Translations under genes and position numbers: made by a program | The notes under the pieces: generated by a model | The model's input: only the letters and a program-made list of their open reading frames with translations | Databases searched by the model: none | Told to the model about the DNA's origin: nothing | Origin: Coraliomargarita sp. | GTDB taxonomy: Bacteria > Verrucomicrobiota > Verrucomicrobiia > Opitutales > Coraliomargaritaceae | Assembly: GCA_965216325.1 (NCBI GenBank) | Contig: OZ244160.1 | Coordinates: 1 to 64,000, forward strand | DNA length: 64,000 nucleotides | Direction of reading: 5' to 3' | Shown here: positions 41,465-52,282 of the stretch, piece after piece | Layout of the letters: each line of letters opens with the position of its first letter | Numbering within the stretch: the stretch's first letter is position 1

Positions 41465-42961
41465 TTACTGAACCATTTTGTGCTTCGCATGCTGACGCAT
41501 GGTGAAGGCCGCATAGACTGCGATCACGACGAAGCAAATGAATGGCAGGAAGAAGGAGCCGCGCACGCCAGAGGTGCCCATGAAGGTTTCCATGTCCATG
41601 ATGCCGGCTTGCAAGCGTGGCATGAAGCAACCCCCAACAATCGCGAGGATGAGGCCGGCAGATGCGATCTTTGCGTCCGGGCCAAGGCCATCGAGCGCGA
41701 TGCCGTAAATGGTTGGGAACATCAGCGACATGCAAGCGGAGATACCCATGAGGCAGTAAAGACCAGTCATACCTTCAAGGTAGATCGCGCCGAGTGTGGT
41801 GGTCATGGCGCCGACTGTAAGGGTCGCGAGAAGCGCGCCCGGGCTGATATACTTGAGGAAGAAGGTGCAGATAAAACGGCTGCTGAGGAAGATGACCATG
41901 GCGCCAATATTGTGGTTCTGCGCGGTGGCTTTATCCATGCCCAGTGTTTCTTGGGCGTATTGGATGATGAAGGTCCAGCACATGATCTGTGCGCCGACGT
42001 AGAAGGTTTGGGCAACTACTCCACCGAGATAGAGTGGGTTCTTTGCGAGTCGGCCGAGGATTTCACCAAGGGTCGAGTTCTCGCGCTCGTCATCCGCATT
42101 CGCGGTATGTGGCAACTTGCAGACTAGGAAGAGTGCGAGGACGCCAATGACCACAAAGCCAATGATCATGTAAGGGGTGGAAACGATTTTCAGGTCTTTC
42201 TGTTGTAGCTCGGCGTGGGTCTGGCCATTGAAGGTTGCGAGCTTGCCTGCCTTATAGTCGGCGAGCGCGTCGCTGAGGCCAACGCCCGGATTTGCAGCAA
42301 CATATTCTGCGAGCACTGGATCATGCACGGGTTCGCGTTCTTTTGCCTGAAAGATCGGAAGGACCTTGTGTCCGGGGGCAGTCACCTCTGCAGTCTCGCT
42401 GCCTCCATTCTGGTGGCTATTGAAGTCTGCGCGGAATTCTTCGACCTGAAGATTGGAGAGGATGAAGAGACTCGCGACAGTCATGCCGGTGAGCGAACCC
42501 ATTGGGTTGAAGGCCTGTGCGAGATTCAAGCGACGGGTTGCGGTTTCCGCCGGTCCCATCGAGAGAATGTATGGGTTCGCAGTGGTTTCCAGGAATGCGA
42601 GGCCGAAGGTGAGCACGTAGAGTGCAACCAGGAAGAGGTTGAAGCTCGCCATGGATGCGGCCGGCACACAAATCATTGCGCCGATTGCGTAGAGTGCGAG
42701 GCCCAAAATAATGCCGGACTTGTAGGAGAAGCGGCGAATGAACAGCGCGGCCGGGATCGCCATCGTGCCATAACCGCCATAGAAGGCCATTTGCACCCAG
42801 CTACTTTGGGCGTTATTGATAACGAAGACGTCTTTGAAGGCAGCAACCAGCGGGTTGGTAATATCATTCGCAAACCCCCAGAGTGCGAACAGAGTGGTTA
42901 CCAAGATGAAAGACAGAATGAACTGCGGTGGTATGACGGGTATTTTTTTGTCTTGTGACAT
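41465..42961 (-). CDS. fucP: L-fucose:H+ symporter
   Basis: FALWGFAND, LETTANPY, RRLNLAQAFNP, YVGAQ, SLMFPTIY. Confidence 0.92.
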   Translation of the reverse strand: MSQDKKIPVIPPQFILSFILVTTLFALWGFANDITNPLVAAFKDVFVINNAQSSWVQMAFYGGYGTMAIPAALFIRRFSYKSGIILGLALYAIGAMICVPAASMASFNLFLVALYVLTFGLAFLETTANPYILSMGPAETATRRLNLAQAFNPMGSLTGMTVASLFILSNLQVEEFRADFNSHQNGGSETAEVTAPGHKVLPIFQAKEREPVHDPVLAEYVAANPGVGLSDALADYKAGKLATFNGQTHAELQQKDLKIVSTPYMIIGFVVIGVLALFLVCKLPHTANADDERENSTLGEILGRLAKNPLYLGGVVAQTFYVGAQIMCWTFIIQYAQETLGMDKATAQNHNIGAMVIFLSSRFICTFFLKYISPGALLATLTVGAMTTTLGAIYLEGMTGLYCLMGISACMSLMFPTIYGIALDGLGPDAKIASAGLILAIVGGCFMPRLQAGIMDMETFMGTSGVRGSFFLPFICFVVIAVYAAFTMRQHAKHKMVQ

Positions 42962-43109
42962 GTGTTTTTTATTAGCTTGGGTTAATTAAAGAGATGCAGC
43001 GTATTTCAAGGGGTGAGCGGAAGAATATGCCTGAATTTCGTCTTGTTGGCTAGGGAAATTCCTGACTTTATATGGACATTATTGAACAATTTATTGTGTT
43101 GTCAGTATC

Positions 43110-43964
43110 ATGCAACCCGCATCGTTAGAGCTTTCTCCTCAGGTTCGCCGAGGACGCTATGCAAATTTTTCGGCGCTACCGGAATCTGGCGGGGGCATTT
43201 TCATGGCAGGATATGAAGAATGTATGCCGGACTATCAAATTGAGCGGTCTGATTTTCCGTTCTGGATGTTAGAGTTTATCGCGGGTGGGCACGGGCAATT
43301 GGTGAATGGTGACGAAACCGAGAATCTACGGCATGGATCGGCGTTTGTCTATGGGCCAGGGGTGCGTATTCGTTTTCAGAATGAGGCCGAACGGCCGTTC
43401 AGGAAGTATTTTCTCGTTTCGGCTCAAGCTCATTGTCCGCGTGTTTGGCAAGATATAGGCCTGCGTCCCGGAGCAGTGAGTCGGATCGGGGAAGCGACGT
43501 CGTTGATTACCATTTTTGACCAGATGATTGATGAGGGGGAACATCTGGATGCGCAGACGGAAAAAGTGGTGGGTGGCTTACAGGATGTGGCGCTCGGCTT
43601 GATGGCGCGTTATCAGAGTCCGATTCGGGGGGAGAGTTCACGATCACGTCATGCGTATGACCTGACAATGTCGATTTTGCAGCGGGATTATCGCCAACTA
43701 CAATCGCTCAGTGATTTAGCGAAGCAGTCGGGCTACAGTGGTGAATATCTTTGTCGGGTGTTTAAGAAATATCATGGATCGTCGCCGTATCAGGTCTTGT
43801 TACAGCGTAAGATGAGCGCTGCTTGGTTATTGCTGCGGGATGGTAATTTACAGGTGCGCGCGGTCGCTCAGGAGCTTGGATACGAGGACCCGTTGCACTT
43901 TTCCCGGATTTTTAAGAAGGTGATGGGCTGTCCGCCGAGTTCCGTCCAGACACGGGCATCTTAG
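43110..43964 (+). CDS. AraC family regulator (divergent from fucPIU)
   Basis: Cupin-like N-terminus; GYEDPLHFSRIFKK. Confidence 0.88.
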   Translation: MQPASLELSPQVRRGRYANFSALPESGGGIFMAGYEECMPDYQIERSDFPFWMLEFIAGGHGQLVNGDETENLRHGSAFVYGPGVRIRFQNEAERPFRKYFLVSAQAHCPRVWQDIGLRPGAVSRIGEATSLITIFDQMIDEGEHLDAQTEKVVGGLQDVALGLMARYQSPIRGESSRSRHAYDLTMSILQRDYRQLQSLSDLAKQSGYSGEYLCRVFKKYHGSSPYQVLLQRKMSAAWLLLRDGNLQVRAVAQELGYEDPLHFSRIFKKVMGCPPSSVQTRAS

Positions 43965-44420
43965 CGGCGTTGTTCTCGTTGGCACTGTATCGGTGACTGC
44001 CCGAATTGCTTTTTAAATGCGCGTGAAAAGTAGTGGACGCTTGAGTAGCCAAGAGAAATGGCGGTTTCGGTGACGCTTTTACTGTCGCGTTGCAGTAGGT
44101 CGCGGGCTCGGTTAAGCTTAATCATGTTCTCATATTCACGCGGTGAGAATCCGGTTTGCTTTTTGAAGGCAAAGCGAAAGCGGGAGTAGCTGACGCCAAG
44201 TTGTGTGGCGAGCGCTTTGAGGTCGGTATGCGTTTCCAGGTTTTCCAACATGGCTGCTTTAGCCTGGATGACGAGTTCGCTGTCTTTGCTTTGGCTGCTA
44301 TTCTCTGTGATGGTTCCGGATTTGAGGTAGGCAAGCACCAGGGGCAGGTGGCTTGCGAGGATTTGCTCTTTAGCCGGGACTGGTTGCTGCAGCCAATAGA
44401 GGATCCGGTCAAAGTGTTGT
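43961..44420 (-). pseudogene. 5'-truncated AraC regulator
   Basis: Intact C-terminal HTH (GYSSVHYFSRAFKKQFG); upstream frame runs into the antisense of another gene remnant. Confidence 0.65.
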
Positions 44421-44424
44421 ATGC

Positions 44425-44795
44425 GGGCATTTCTCAGAAGCAGATACTTTGGCTCGTAGACGTATTGGACGACGCGGCCTCCAAGCAGGAGCCGACCGTC
44501 ATTATGTGCCACTATCCGATTCATAAGCCATTCGATGTTCAATAGTGAGGAAATGCTAGAGCTCTTGGACCAATACCCGAATGTGGTTTTATGGCTCAAT
44601 GGGCACAAACATAGTGGTGGTTATACAAAAGTTGGAAATCGTCACCATCTGACTTTGAAAGGGATGCAAGAAGAGGACGAACATTGGTATCAATTAGATT
44701 TCTCTAAAGAGCGTATTGTCGTCTATCAGGCTGAGGACCTTGAAAAGCCTGCATACGACATGGCTATCGATCATACATTATTTCACTCAGATTGA
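44425..44795 (+). pseudogene. Metallophosphoesterase C-terminal remnant with frameshift
   Basis: GISQKQILWL...IMCHYP, then shifted frame NSEEMLELL...WLNGHKHSGGY. Confidence 0.65.
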
Positions 44796-45111
44796 GTTTC
44801 TGCATGAGCATACAGTTCTTTTGGATGCTCAAAAATGGCTGACTGGCTACAGCTCGCCTAGAAAGAAGGTTCATCGTCACATTTCGGGGAGATCGAGGTG
44901 GTTTCAACTGAGCTTGGGAACTGATCCTCGTAGCGTTTGCTGAAGCGGCACGCTACGCCATCGTAAGGGAATACGCATGTCCTCACTACTATGATTTAGC
45001 TTATCTATCGCTCAGCGCTGATAGGATTCCTCTAGAAAGGGTGCAACCATCGATATTATGTAGATTGCGCACTATAGGGTCATAGTATTCCCCAGAAATT
45101 GACGATGAGCC

Positions 45112-45145
45112 AAAAAAAGACCCCAGCTCGGAAGCACGGGGTCTT
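45112..45145 (-). terminator. Intrinsic terminator
   Basis: aaaaaaagacccc-agctcggaagcac-ggggtctt. Confidence 0.7.
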
Positions 45146-45166
45146 GGACAGGTGATGAGTTGCTGT

Positions 45167-45883
<717 letters not shown>

Positions 45884-45904
45884 GTTTGATTTTGGGATTC
45901 TATA

Positions 45905-47287
45905 CTAGACGTGAAGATGTTCGTCAGTGAAGTGAATGATTTCCTGCTTCTCTGCGGCTGGATTGACCCAGTAAATTGGCGCTTCGGCTTCAAACGCATG
46001 GCGTGCATCGCAATTGAGCTTGTTCTCTCCACGGATCGCGCCAAGGAAATTTTCGATGTGTGGCTGGTGTGGAGGCTTATTCAAGCCGCCTGGCAGGCCA
46101 TATTCATCTGGTGGCGCAGATTCGTAGGAGGCGATTGCATCGGCGCCACCAGCTGCTTGGCCGAGCGCACCCTTTTTAAGGATGCCGCGACTTACCAGCT
46201 TGTTCCATGTATCGACATTGTCGGCACCGGATTCTTTGTAGATGTTCGTGTAAGCCTCGCGTTCGGAGATCTCGATGGTGCCGTTTGTACCCATGAAGGA
46301 TTCGTAGTAGCCGCCACCTGCACTGGTAGTGGTGAGCACTTGGTAGAACGCACGTGCGTTACCTTGTGGTGAGTCGTAATCGAAGATACACATGACATTG
46401 TCGAAGTGCTCGCGATCTTTGAAGAAGCTGCGTCCGCCAGATGCTAGGACGGACTTAGGCTGCACGCCCATGAACCAGTTAAAGGTGTCAATTTGGTGGG
46501 CACCGAGGTCGGAGATTGGACCACCCGAGAGTGCCAAATAGAAGCGCCAATTCAAGAAGCGGTGGCGGAGTTCTTCTTCGCTGAGCTCCTTGTCAGTTCC
46601 AGCATCGAAACCGTATTTCTTGAGGATGTCGGCCTTTGGAAGGATCGATGGCTTGGACACAATGTCCTGTGAGGAGCTGAGCGCACGGTTCCACTGGCCG
46701 TTCATGTTCACGATTTGGCCAGTAATGTTGTTCTTCTTCACCAGTTCATTGTAGGTAAAGAGGTAACGTGGGTTACTGCGGCGCTGGTGGCCGATTTGGC
46801 AGAGCTTGCCGCTCTTTTCGGCTGCGTGAACCATCGAGCGCGCACCTTCGATCGTATTGGACATCATCTTCTCGCAGTAGACATTACAGCCAGCTTCGAG
46901 TGCCATAATGGTGTGTGGTGCGTGCCAGAAATCAGGTGTGGCTACAAAAACTGCGTCGAGTTCCTCGTTGGCCAGCATTTCCTCTGGGTCAAGGTAGCGA
47001 GCGATGTCGTAGCCGAAGCGGGACTTGATCGCCGAAAAGGTGCGGCCAACGCGGGCTTTCATGATGTCCGCGGCTGCGACATAGCGGATGCCTGGTATGT
47101 TGACCATGGCGTTGAAGAGCACTTCATGCTGCTTGCCACAGCCAATGAAACCTACGCGGATTTCGTCTGAGGGCGCGCCTTCCTCTTTTGCTTTGAGAAT
47201 GGCGGGAGCACCGAGCATTAGGCCGGCGCCGATGGAGGACTTGGTCAGGAAGTCTCTCCGGGTCACTGTGGGGAATTTATCACTCAT
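45905..47287 (-). CDS. Tat-exported Gfo/Idh/MocA oxidoreductase
   Basis: TRRDFL, ATPDFWH, YCEKMM, GHQRRSNP, DLGAHQID. Confidence 0.9.
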   Translation of the reverse strand: MSDKFPTVTRRDFLTKSSIGAGLMLGAPAILKAKEEGAPSDEIRVGFIGCGKQHEVLFNAMVNIPGIRYVAAADIMKARVGRTFSAIKSRFGYDIARYLDPEEMLANEELDAVFVATPDFWHAPHTIMALEAGCNVYCEKMMSNTIEGARSMVHAAEKSGKLCQIGHQRRSNPRYLFTYNELVKKNNITGQIVNMNGQWNRALSSSQDIVSKPSILPKADILKKYGFDAGTDKELSEEELRHRFLNWRFYLALSGGPISDLGAHQIDTFNWFMGVQPKSVLASGGRSFFKDREHFDNVMCIFDYDSPQGNARAFYQVLTTTSAGGGYYESFMGTNGTIEISEREAYTNIYKESGADNVDTWNKLVSRGILKKGALGQAAGGADAIASYESAPPDEYGLPGGLNKPPHQPHIENFLGAIRGENKLNCDARHAFEAEAPIYWVNPAAEKQEIIHFTDEHLHV

Positions 47288-47302
47288 GATTCAGGGGGTT
47301 GA

Positions 47303-47821
47303 TTACCACTTCTTGAGGATAGCGAAGCGGTTGTATTTCGCAAGTGTGAGGGCTGCAACAATCATGATAATGTGTGTGCCGAGCCAAGCGATACCTGCGT
47401 CTTGCTTGATGAGGATGAGGCCGAAAGTGAGGCTGGTGTAGAGAAGTCCCATTGCGAACAGGGTATAGCGTGTCGCAATGCCAAGAAGAAGAGTGACGCC
47501 CATGATCAACAGTGCTGGGCCGAGCACGATGTCATACAGGTTGAGGCCCCAGCTTGGGATCAGTGGCTCTCCGCTGAACTTGTCATAGAGCGGTGCGGGG
47601 ACACCGTGATAATTTGAGAAGGCATAGGCCTTGGATGTCGTTGCCTCGGTCAAACCGTATGCATTGGGCGCGCCATCAATCATGACGTCCTTTGAGCCGC
47701 TGGCGGTGCCGGCGAATTTCTCAATGCCGGTTTGGATGGCGCGCACTGCTAGCCAAATGCGTAGCGTGAGCATGCCGAGTGTAAGTCCGAGGTCGTTGGA
47801 GTTATTATCTGTGGATGACAT
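47303..47821 (-). CDS. DoxX-like membrane protein
   Basis: LRIWL...GIEKF; GVTLLLGIATR; about 4 TM helices. Confidence 0.7.
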   Translation of the reverse strand: MSSTDNNSNDLGLTLGMLTLRIWLAVRAIQTGIEKFAGTASGSKDVMIDGAPNAYGLTEATTSKAYAFSNYHGVPAPLYDKFSGEPLIPSWGLNLYDIVLGPALLIMGVTLLLGIATRYTLFAMGLLYTSLTFGLILIKQDAGIAWLGTHIIMIVAALTLAKYNRFAILKKW

Positions 47822-48077
47822 GAATATTTATGGATCTGGGGTTTGATGACACCGATTTCAGTGAAAGGTTGCGGTTTATACAAAAAACATTCCTTCAATC
47901 AACTGAAAAATGCCTGCTCGCAATGCCTGTTGTCTGCCGTTGCGGCTTCTTCTGTATGTTTTTGATGGTTTGTAAGTAGTTGATTTTTAAAGTAATGTGG
48001 TGCGCCTGTTGCGTGGTTTTTGGTTCTATTAGCGATTTTTATTTGTTTTGGAAACTTTTGGATATTGGCAAAAAGCG

Positions 48078-48455
48078 TCATTTGATTCCGATTTTTGTGC
48101 GTGCTTTGGGTTGTTTTTGCAATTCAGAGACAGTTTCAGGCTGATGTGTTGCTAGATTCGTGCTTTCTGCGTTGGGTTGTCGATAGTCGTAGGGTTCGGT
48201 GTAACCATCCTTGTCTTGGACACGGCGGTAGTTGGTCGTGTGTATGGTTTGTGTGCTGCCATAGTAGCCGATAGCGCTGTGGCCAGCAGTTGAAGGTGTC
48301 CTGATTTGCGGCTGTAGTGAGATGCCGGATCCGCCCGATTTTGGATGGTTGAGGCCAGGGAGATCACAAGGTGTGGGGAAGATGTCGACCGTTTCGACAA
48401 TGCCTGCGCTTGCTGTGTAGAATACGACGTCGGCGATCACGGTCGCGATCAACAA
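48078..48455 (-). pseudogene. Sulfatase C-terminal remnant
   Basis: IVETVDIFPT.CDL, GISL.P, YDY...E..NLA...PE.V.EL. Confidence 0.65.
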
Positions 48456-48763
48456 GTCTCATGCGAGTAGCGGGAGATGAAGGTCTTGGCCTCATTAAAC
48501 GGATTGGAGTCGCTGCTTAGGGTGACGTGAGCGAGTGCGATCAGCATGATCACACCGCACAGCATCGCTAAGGGCTGCAACCACATGAGCGAGTAGCCGG
48601 CTATAGCGCCGAGGTCGAGTGCACCCGCGAGTGAGCCGCCACCGAGTGTGACCGCGGCCTGCAAACAGCCGGGACTGGTGAGTTTTGCGTAGCCTCGCAA
48701 TCTGCCGAAGAAGCTCCGGTCTTGGATCGTGTTGATTTGTTCGAGATGGTTGTTCTCTTGCAT
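48449..48763 (-). pseudogene. N-terminal remnant of an NRAMP-like transporter
   Basis: PGCLQAAVTLGGGSLAG, GYSLMWLQP; ends after about 2 TM helices. Confidence 0.55.
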
Positions 48764-48829
48764 GCTTTTTTTTGAGGGGCAGGGCGTTTGTTTACAGTTC
48801 GCGGATTCGGACGTTGCGATACCAGACCT

Positions 48830-49578
48830 CTGTGGTGTTGGCGAATCTGGGTCAAGAGATTCTTTGGCGTGAGCAGATGTTGCTGTCATTGGAGGTGAGT
48901 GCTGATGAAAGCTTTGGGCACCGTTCTAGTGTGCCTGTGCATGTTGAGAATGAGGCGCATGTTGGGGCTATCGTGGCGCATTACTTTGGTCCGCGTCCTG
49001 GGGCGCGTAATCTGGTGTATTTAAGTGTGGGCGTTGGGTTGGGCGCTGGCGTTTTTGTGGACGGTGTTTTGGTGTGCGGTAAGCGTGGTTTCGCGGGGCA
49101 GGTTGGGCATACGCACTTTGTGGGTAATGGTGTGTAATGCACTTGTGGTAAATATGGCTGCTGGGTTACGGAGATCGGTGCTTCGGCGGTCCGGCGCAAG
49201 CTCCTTGAGGCTGGCGTGAATATTCCACGTAAGCTTGGTGATGGTGTGGGGTGGGTTGTTTGTGTTCAGGAGCGGGTGCAGGCGGGTGATTCTGTGGTGA
49301 TCGAAGTTTTGGGGTCGGTTGGGGGTCAGTTTGGGAGTGGTCTGTCACGCCTGGTCCAGTTGGTGAATCCTTCTATGGTGGTTCTGGGCGGGCGCTTGGG
49401 GGGCTTGCTGGGATGCGTGGAATCGGTGGTTCGTGATGCGATGCTTGCTGAGACTTTGCCTTATATGGCGGAGTCTTTGGAGGTGGTGGTTAGTGGCTCT
49501 GGGGATGGTCGTCTGCGTGGTTGTCTGGCTATGGTTTTTGATGTGGTGATGAAGAATCCGCCGATGGTGGATGTTTAG
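48830..49578 (+). pseudogene. ROK family regulator remnant
   Basis: VHVENEA, GVGLGAG, GFAGQVGH, in-frame TAA 49135-49137 just before CTCGKYGC; 5' end missing. Confidence 0.8.
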
Positions 49579-49819
49579 TTTACTTGGTGGTTCTCGTCAG
49601 ATCGCGGCATTTTGTTTTTGTTGCTGAGACTGAGTTTTGTATACTTTGGGAGTTTTTTTGTGATCCTGTTGCTTGTTTTGTGTTTTTTTAAGGTGTTGTT
49701 CGGTAGTGGTTAACGGCTTTTTCTTGATTTCGCCCTCCGTTCGTTGGTGTCGGGGTTGGTACGTTTTTTGAAATAAATTCTTGTCAAATCTCGTCAGGGC
49801 GTGCTTTCTGGCCCTGTCT

Positions 49820-50599
49820 ATGGAGTCTGCCCAAACTGTCAGTGATTCTGCGTCTGCGTTACAGGAGCGCTTTATGTGCTCCCTTCGTCGGAGGCAGTTG
49901 CTGGTGGCGCTCTTTGATAGTGTTCCGGGTGCGCACTTTTTTGTTAAGGATCGCCAAAGTCGCTTTATGGACGGTAGTCGTAGTTTTGCGCATACGCTTG
50001 GTGAGTCCTCGATTGATTCGATGCTTGGTAAAACGGACCATGATTACAGCCCGGATTTTTTGGCAGATGCATTCTACGCGGATGACCAAAAAGTGATGTC
50101 TACTGGAGAGGGGATCTATAACAAGATCGAGTTGGTACCATCTGAGGACGGAGCGCTGGATTGGTTGTGCACGACGAAGATTCCGCTTTGCGGTGAAGAT
50201 GGCCAGATTGTTGGTTTGGCTGGTGTGGCGCGTGTGATTCGCGACTCTGACTCGGTGTATGCGGATCACCCTGAGATGCACCTGATCGTCGACTATGTTC
50301 GCGCTCACTATCGTGAGAAGTTGTCGGTTACGGATATGGCGCGTGGGGGAGGAATCTCAGTGAGTTCACAGGAGCGCTTGTTCCGTAAGACTTTTGGGCT
50401 TACCCCCTTGATGTATTTACGCAAAACGCGTCTGAATGCGGCCTGTAAGCTACTTCGGGATACCGATACTTCACTGTCGGAGATTGCCGTTCAGTGTGGC
50501 TTTAACGACCAGACGAATATGACCCGTGCTTTCCGTATGGAGCTGAAGATTACGCCACTTCGTTATCGGCGTCGATTTAGTGAGTCGCGATCTCGTTAG
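49820..50599 (+). CDS. PAS-domain AraC family regulator
   Basis: FFVKDRQSRF, GKTDHD, GFNDQTNMTRAF. Confidence 0.9.
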   Translation: MESAQTVSDSASALQERFMCSLRRRQLLVALFDSVPGAHFFVKDRQSRFMDGSRSFAHTLGESSIDSMLGKTDHDYSPDFLADAFYADDQKVMSTGEGIYNKIELVPSEDGALDWLCTTKIPLCGEDGQIVGLAGVARVIRDSDSVYADHPEMHLIVDYVRAHYREKLSVTDMARGGGISVSSQERLFRKTFGLTPLMYLRKTRLNAACKLLRDTDTSLSEIAVQCGFNDQTNMTRAFRMELKITPLRYRRRFSESRSR

Positions 50600-50677
50600 C
50601 AGGAGGACGTCTATGCGGACGAAGAGATTTTTTTCTTATAACATAAGTTACAACCCTAACCTAACTACATAAAAACT

Positions 50678-52258
50678 ATGGAACATAGCAAAAATGACAG
50701 AATTGTCTTTTGGGGCTCGTTTATAGCCCTGATTACAACGTCGATGGCATTCATTATCCGTGCCATTCTGATTAATAGTGGAATCTGGCCGGAACAGTTT
50801 GGTCTAGATAAGGTTCAAGGGGGGATCCTGTTTGGTGCTGGCATCTGGCCGTTTGCGATTAGCATCATTCTGTTTAGTCTGATCATCGACCGTGTTGGCT
50901 ATAAGTTCGCGATGTTCTTTAGTTTTGCATGCTATGCATTATTCGGGGTTCTCGCTGTGATGGCCTACGGTATCGTGAATGGCGAAGTTGCTGATTTGGC
51001 ATCTGCGCAGGCTAAGGCATGGAATTATCTCTACTGGGGCTCAGTGATTCTGGGGCTCGGTAATGGCACGGTGGAAGCGTTTATTAATCCGGTTGTCGCG
51101 ACTCTTTTTAAAGATGAAAAAGCCAAGTGGCTTAATATTCTGCACGCCGGGTGGCCTGGTGGTCTTGTGCTCGGTGGGGTGCTTGCTATTGGTTTGAGTG
51201 GTGTCGTGGCAAACGACTGGCGAATTTTGGTTGGATTGATGTTCCTACCTGCGTTGATCTATCTGGTGATGCTGGCGAAGGTGCAATTTCCAGTGAATGA
51301 GCGAGTCGCCGCTGGTTCCAGTTATCGTGAAATGCTTGCCGAGTTTGGCACTGCTGGTGCCTTTATCGCGTTCTATTTGATTTTTGCTCAATTGGGGCAG
51401 GTCTTTGCGTGGTCTGCGGTGGTCACTTGGGCATTGATTGCGCTCTCAGTTGTCGCATACGGTTTCTATAGTCGCTCCTTTGGTAATCCTTTGTTGCTTA
51501 TCTTGGTCATCATTATGATGCCCCTGGCGACGACAGAACTTGGCACAGATGGCTGGATTTCTGCACTCATGGAGAAGCCTATGCATGAGGCTGGTTGGGA
51601 TCCGACTTGGGTGCTTGTTTACACATCCGTGATTATGATGGTGCTGCGCTTTAACGCGGGCCCGGTGATCAATAAATTTGGTCCGCTGGGCTTGTTGGCT
51701 CTGTGTGCATCGCTTGCAATCCTTGGGCTCTATTTGCTCTCGTTTGCTACAGCGGTGGCATTCATTTTCTTTGCTGCGACGATCTATGGTGTGGCAAAAA
51801 CCTACTTCTGGCCGACGATGCTTGGTGTAGTCGCTGAGCAAACTCCAAAGGGGGGTGCGCTGACTCTCAACGCGATTGCGGGGATTGGTATGCTAACTGT
51901 GGGTATTCTTGGCGGGCCATTCATCGGCTTTCTTCAGGAGAGTTCTGTTACCTCTGCGATCGAAGAGGAACTGCCTGCTGTTTACGAACAGGTGACTCAG
52001 GAGAACGACTATTTGCTTGGACATTATACAGCGCTCAATGCTGCAGCGGTCGACGAATTGCCTGAAGCAATTCAAGCACAAGCCAATGAGATCCGTGAGC
52101 GTGAGACCCAAGGTGCGCTTGCTAAAATGTGCATGTTCCCGGCCTTCATGTTGGCCTGCTATATTGGTCTACTTCTCTACTTCAAGAGTAAGGGGGGCTA
52201 TAAGCCTAAGGTTCTCGGCGGTGCTCATGGGGATCCAGGGGAAGAAACCGCATTCTAA
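50678..52258 (+). CDS. MFS sugar transporter
   Basis: 12 TM helices; GNGTVEAFINP, LHAGWPGG, TELGT, FWPTMLG. Confidence 0.9.
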   Translation: MEHSKNDRIVFWGSFIALITTSMAFIIRAILINSGIWPEQFGLDKVQGGILFGAGIWPFAISIILFSLIIDRVGYKFAMFFSFACYALFGVLAVMAYGIVNGEVADLASAQAKAWNYLYWGSVILGLGNGTVEAFINPVVATLFKDEKAKWLNILHAGWPGGLVLGGVLAIGLSGVVANDWRILVGLMFLPALIYLVMLAKVQFPVNERVAAGSSYREMLAEFGTAGAFIAFYLIFAQLGQVFAWSAVVTWALIALSVVAYGFYSRSFGNPLLLILVIIMMPLATTELGTDGWISALMEKPMHEAGWDPTWVLVYTSVIMMVLRFNAGPVINKFGPLGLLALCASLAILGLYLLSFATAVAFIFFAATIYGVAKTYFWPTMLGVVAEQTPKGGALTLNAIAGIGMLTVGILGGPFIGFLQESSVTSAIEEELPAVYEQVTQENDYLLGHYTALNAAAVDELPEAIQAQANEIRERETQGALAKMCMFPAFMLACYIGLLLYFKSKGGYKPKVLGGAHGDPGEETAF

Positions 52259-52282
52259 TTTAACTCCAATCCAATTATTATT

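Noticed and set aside
48078..48455. Missing 3' half of the sulfatase broken at 28017
   Set aside because: Heavily decayed and appears to be a different sulfatase type; cannot be linked without an alignment
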